A stretch of 64,000 nt of DNA, from contig JAQFVV010000002.1 of the NCBI GenBank assembly GCA_028023455.1, forward strand, positions 11,098,001 to 11,162,000, given 5' to 3'. Both the position numbers and the translations under genes were made by a program. The first letter of the stretch is position 1, and every line of letters starts with the position of its first letter. The notes beneath the pieces were generated by a model that saw nothing but the letters and a program-made list of their open reading frames with translations, had not been told where the DNA came from and did not search any database. This document shows, in pieces, positions 61,918 to 64,000 of the stretch. Origin of the DNA: Epiperipatus broadwayi. Lineage: Eukaryota; Animalia; Onychophora.

Positions 61918-64000
61918 TTTATAAAAAAACTATTCCACTTTCTTACTTAATTCTTTTCATTTATAAAGATTATCTTGCCTAATTAAGGCAGATAGTGTGA
62001 ATGTTAATCAATTATATTAGTTATTGTAGATATTTATTAAACAAATTGATTTTTATTTAACAAAGTAAAGAAATTCCTTTTTATTTTGAACTTTGTAACA
62101 AACATTTAAATGATGCTTATGTTAGCAGAATAAAAAAAATATGAAACAATATGTAACTGTACCCATGGTTTATATAGTAACATATTTTTTACATGAAATA
62201 ATAAATAAATTATCAACAACAATATTGCAAAAAAAATATAATTTTTTATGATCAATTATACTACTGAATTTGATCAAGTTTCCAGAGTTTCCTTTAAATA
62301 TATTTCTCACTTGATAAACTAATTTTTAAAAATGATTCAAAATTTTAACATTTTGTGATATTTTGTTCATGCTCATTTGCAATGAAAAATTAAATACATG
62401 ATATAAACAAAATTTAATTAATTTAAAATATATTTTTGAAAACAAATTTTACCTCAATTTGCCAAAAACCATAATTATCTTTATTTCTGTTGTATGTACT
62501 TGATTGTGCAGACTACAACATATTTTGTACTCATTTTAAAAAAATTCCAACTTTGTAATTTTTTAATCTATTTTATCCCCCCCCCCCAAAAAAAAAAATC
62601 ATGCAAAAGCAACATAATGTCAACAGCATATATAAATTTGTTAATATGTTTTTTTATCACTTCTAAAACTATATTTGTCTTCAGCAAATCTGACTACTTT
62701 TAATATATATTCAAGTATACAGGCTGAATAGGTAGAAGTGAAAATCATGTAATTGAAGGAATAAGTTAAATATTTATAGAATATAATTAACATTAACATA
62801 ACAATGAGTATTGTCCAAAAGTTAAATTTGGCAACTTAGCAAAATAACTAGATAATCTGTCAGGCTATTTTAGTAGAAAGTTAAAACTAGGAGATTTTTG
62901 ATTAATACTTCTTTAAGATCAGATAAGATTGTTTATTGTTAAATAAAAAAGAATATAGATCCATTTTTTACTGTCAATGTCAGTTTATTAATAATATTGT
63001 AACTCCAATATTGGCAGATACATACTGTATATGCAGTTATACTGTGTATATATTGAAGTTCTGCAAGAAAACTGCTTATTTATATACATCTAATTCAATG
63101 ATGGATTTAGAGAATGTCAATTATACTTTAATTCTCAAAATATTATTTGACTTTCTTTGCTTCCATTTAAAAACTTTCAGAATCAATTCTCTCACTCTGC
63201 ACAATCTATTCTAAGATCATTGGTCACAAGGTTATAGAACTATTCATACTACAAAACAGTTTTTGGTTTAGGCCTTTCTTAATGAGAAATCTTGACTTAA
63301 TGCATTTATATATCTAAAAGCCATATTTAATTTTTTTTATAGTGTCAAGGTAATATCCTAAATTTCAAAAATATAATTACAACTTTGAATCTAATAGATC
63401 TTCCTTCTATAGTTAATAGAACTTCATGTGTTTCTAACATTATATGTCTATCAGGAGTCATTTAACTTATTTGAGCTGCTTTCAATTACATAAACATTTC
63501 TTTGTTGTAGGAGGAGATGTATTATATATTGGATAGCATTTCTTGATAAGTGATATACATATTAACTTAATACCTTTATAAGTGAATTTATTAGTCTAAT
63601 GCTATTTAAATAATATTGTCTTGCCATAGTAACACATATATCCTAAATATTAGTGAGCACAATTTGCCTTTTTTGTAGCAAGTTGAATGACAAATCTAAA
63701 TGTATTATTAAAAATTATAAGGTACTAAAATTAAGAAAATTAGAAAAAGTCATGATTTTTACCTTTCTTTATATCATTTACCATAAATTAAAAAAACTGT
63801 TTTTTAATATCATTTGTATTAAAGAATGAAGAAAATATTTATAAAAAGGTGAAATATATATATTGTAACCAGATTGGGACCCCAGCAACCCTGGTGGTCA
63901 TTTATTTCCTGATGAGCATATTGTAGGAAGGAAAGAATGATTGATGTTACACAATGCTGACATTATCCTTTTTTCTCTTTTTAATTTTAATAACAATAAT

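Noticed and set aside
1-64000. CRISPR array, tRNA/rRNA genes, prokaryotic systems
   Set aside because: No regularly spaced repeat-spacer series, no complete cloverleaf or rRNA, and spliceosomal and animal TE signatures throughout.

Overview
Very AT-rich eukaryotic (animal, probably arthropod) intronic/intergenic DNA; no prokaryotic operons, rRNA, tRNA genes or CRISPR arrays. One host exon is well supported (+ strand WD40-repeat exon, 12333-12554). The rest is layered mobile DNA: three copies of a young RTE-clade LINE (one full length with a 12-13 bp TSD, one 5'-rearranged with an otherwise open 923-aa ORF, one 3' fragment), an old BovB-like RTE remnant, three decayed Gypsy/Ty3 elements (one with both LTRs, a tRNA-His-like PBS and a PPT), a Tigger/pogo transposon with TIRs, and faint tRNA-SINE traces. 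The most interesting signal is structured RNA. (i) A complete CPEB3/HDV-type self-cleaving ribozyme fold with a branched J1/2 insert starts at the 5' junction of the full-length RTE (38411-38577). (ii) Three related short non-coding elements carry minimal type I hammerhead ribozymes with different palindromic stems III and share an upstream hairpin module; two are tandem and/or inverted composites and most copies are bounded by 11-14 bp TSDs (Penelope-pLTR/retrozyme-like). (iii) A further ~334-bp-unit family has the same tandem+inverted architecture but no recognisable hammerhead. All folds and alignments were done by eye; none has been computed or tested.
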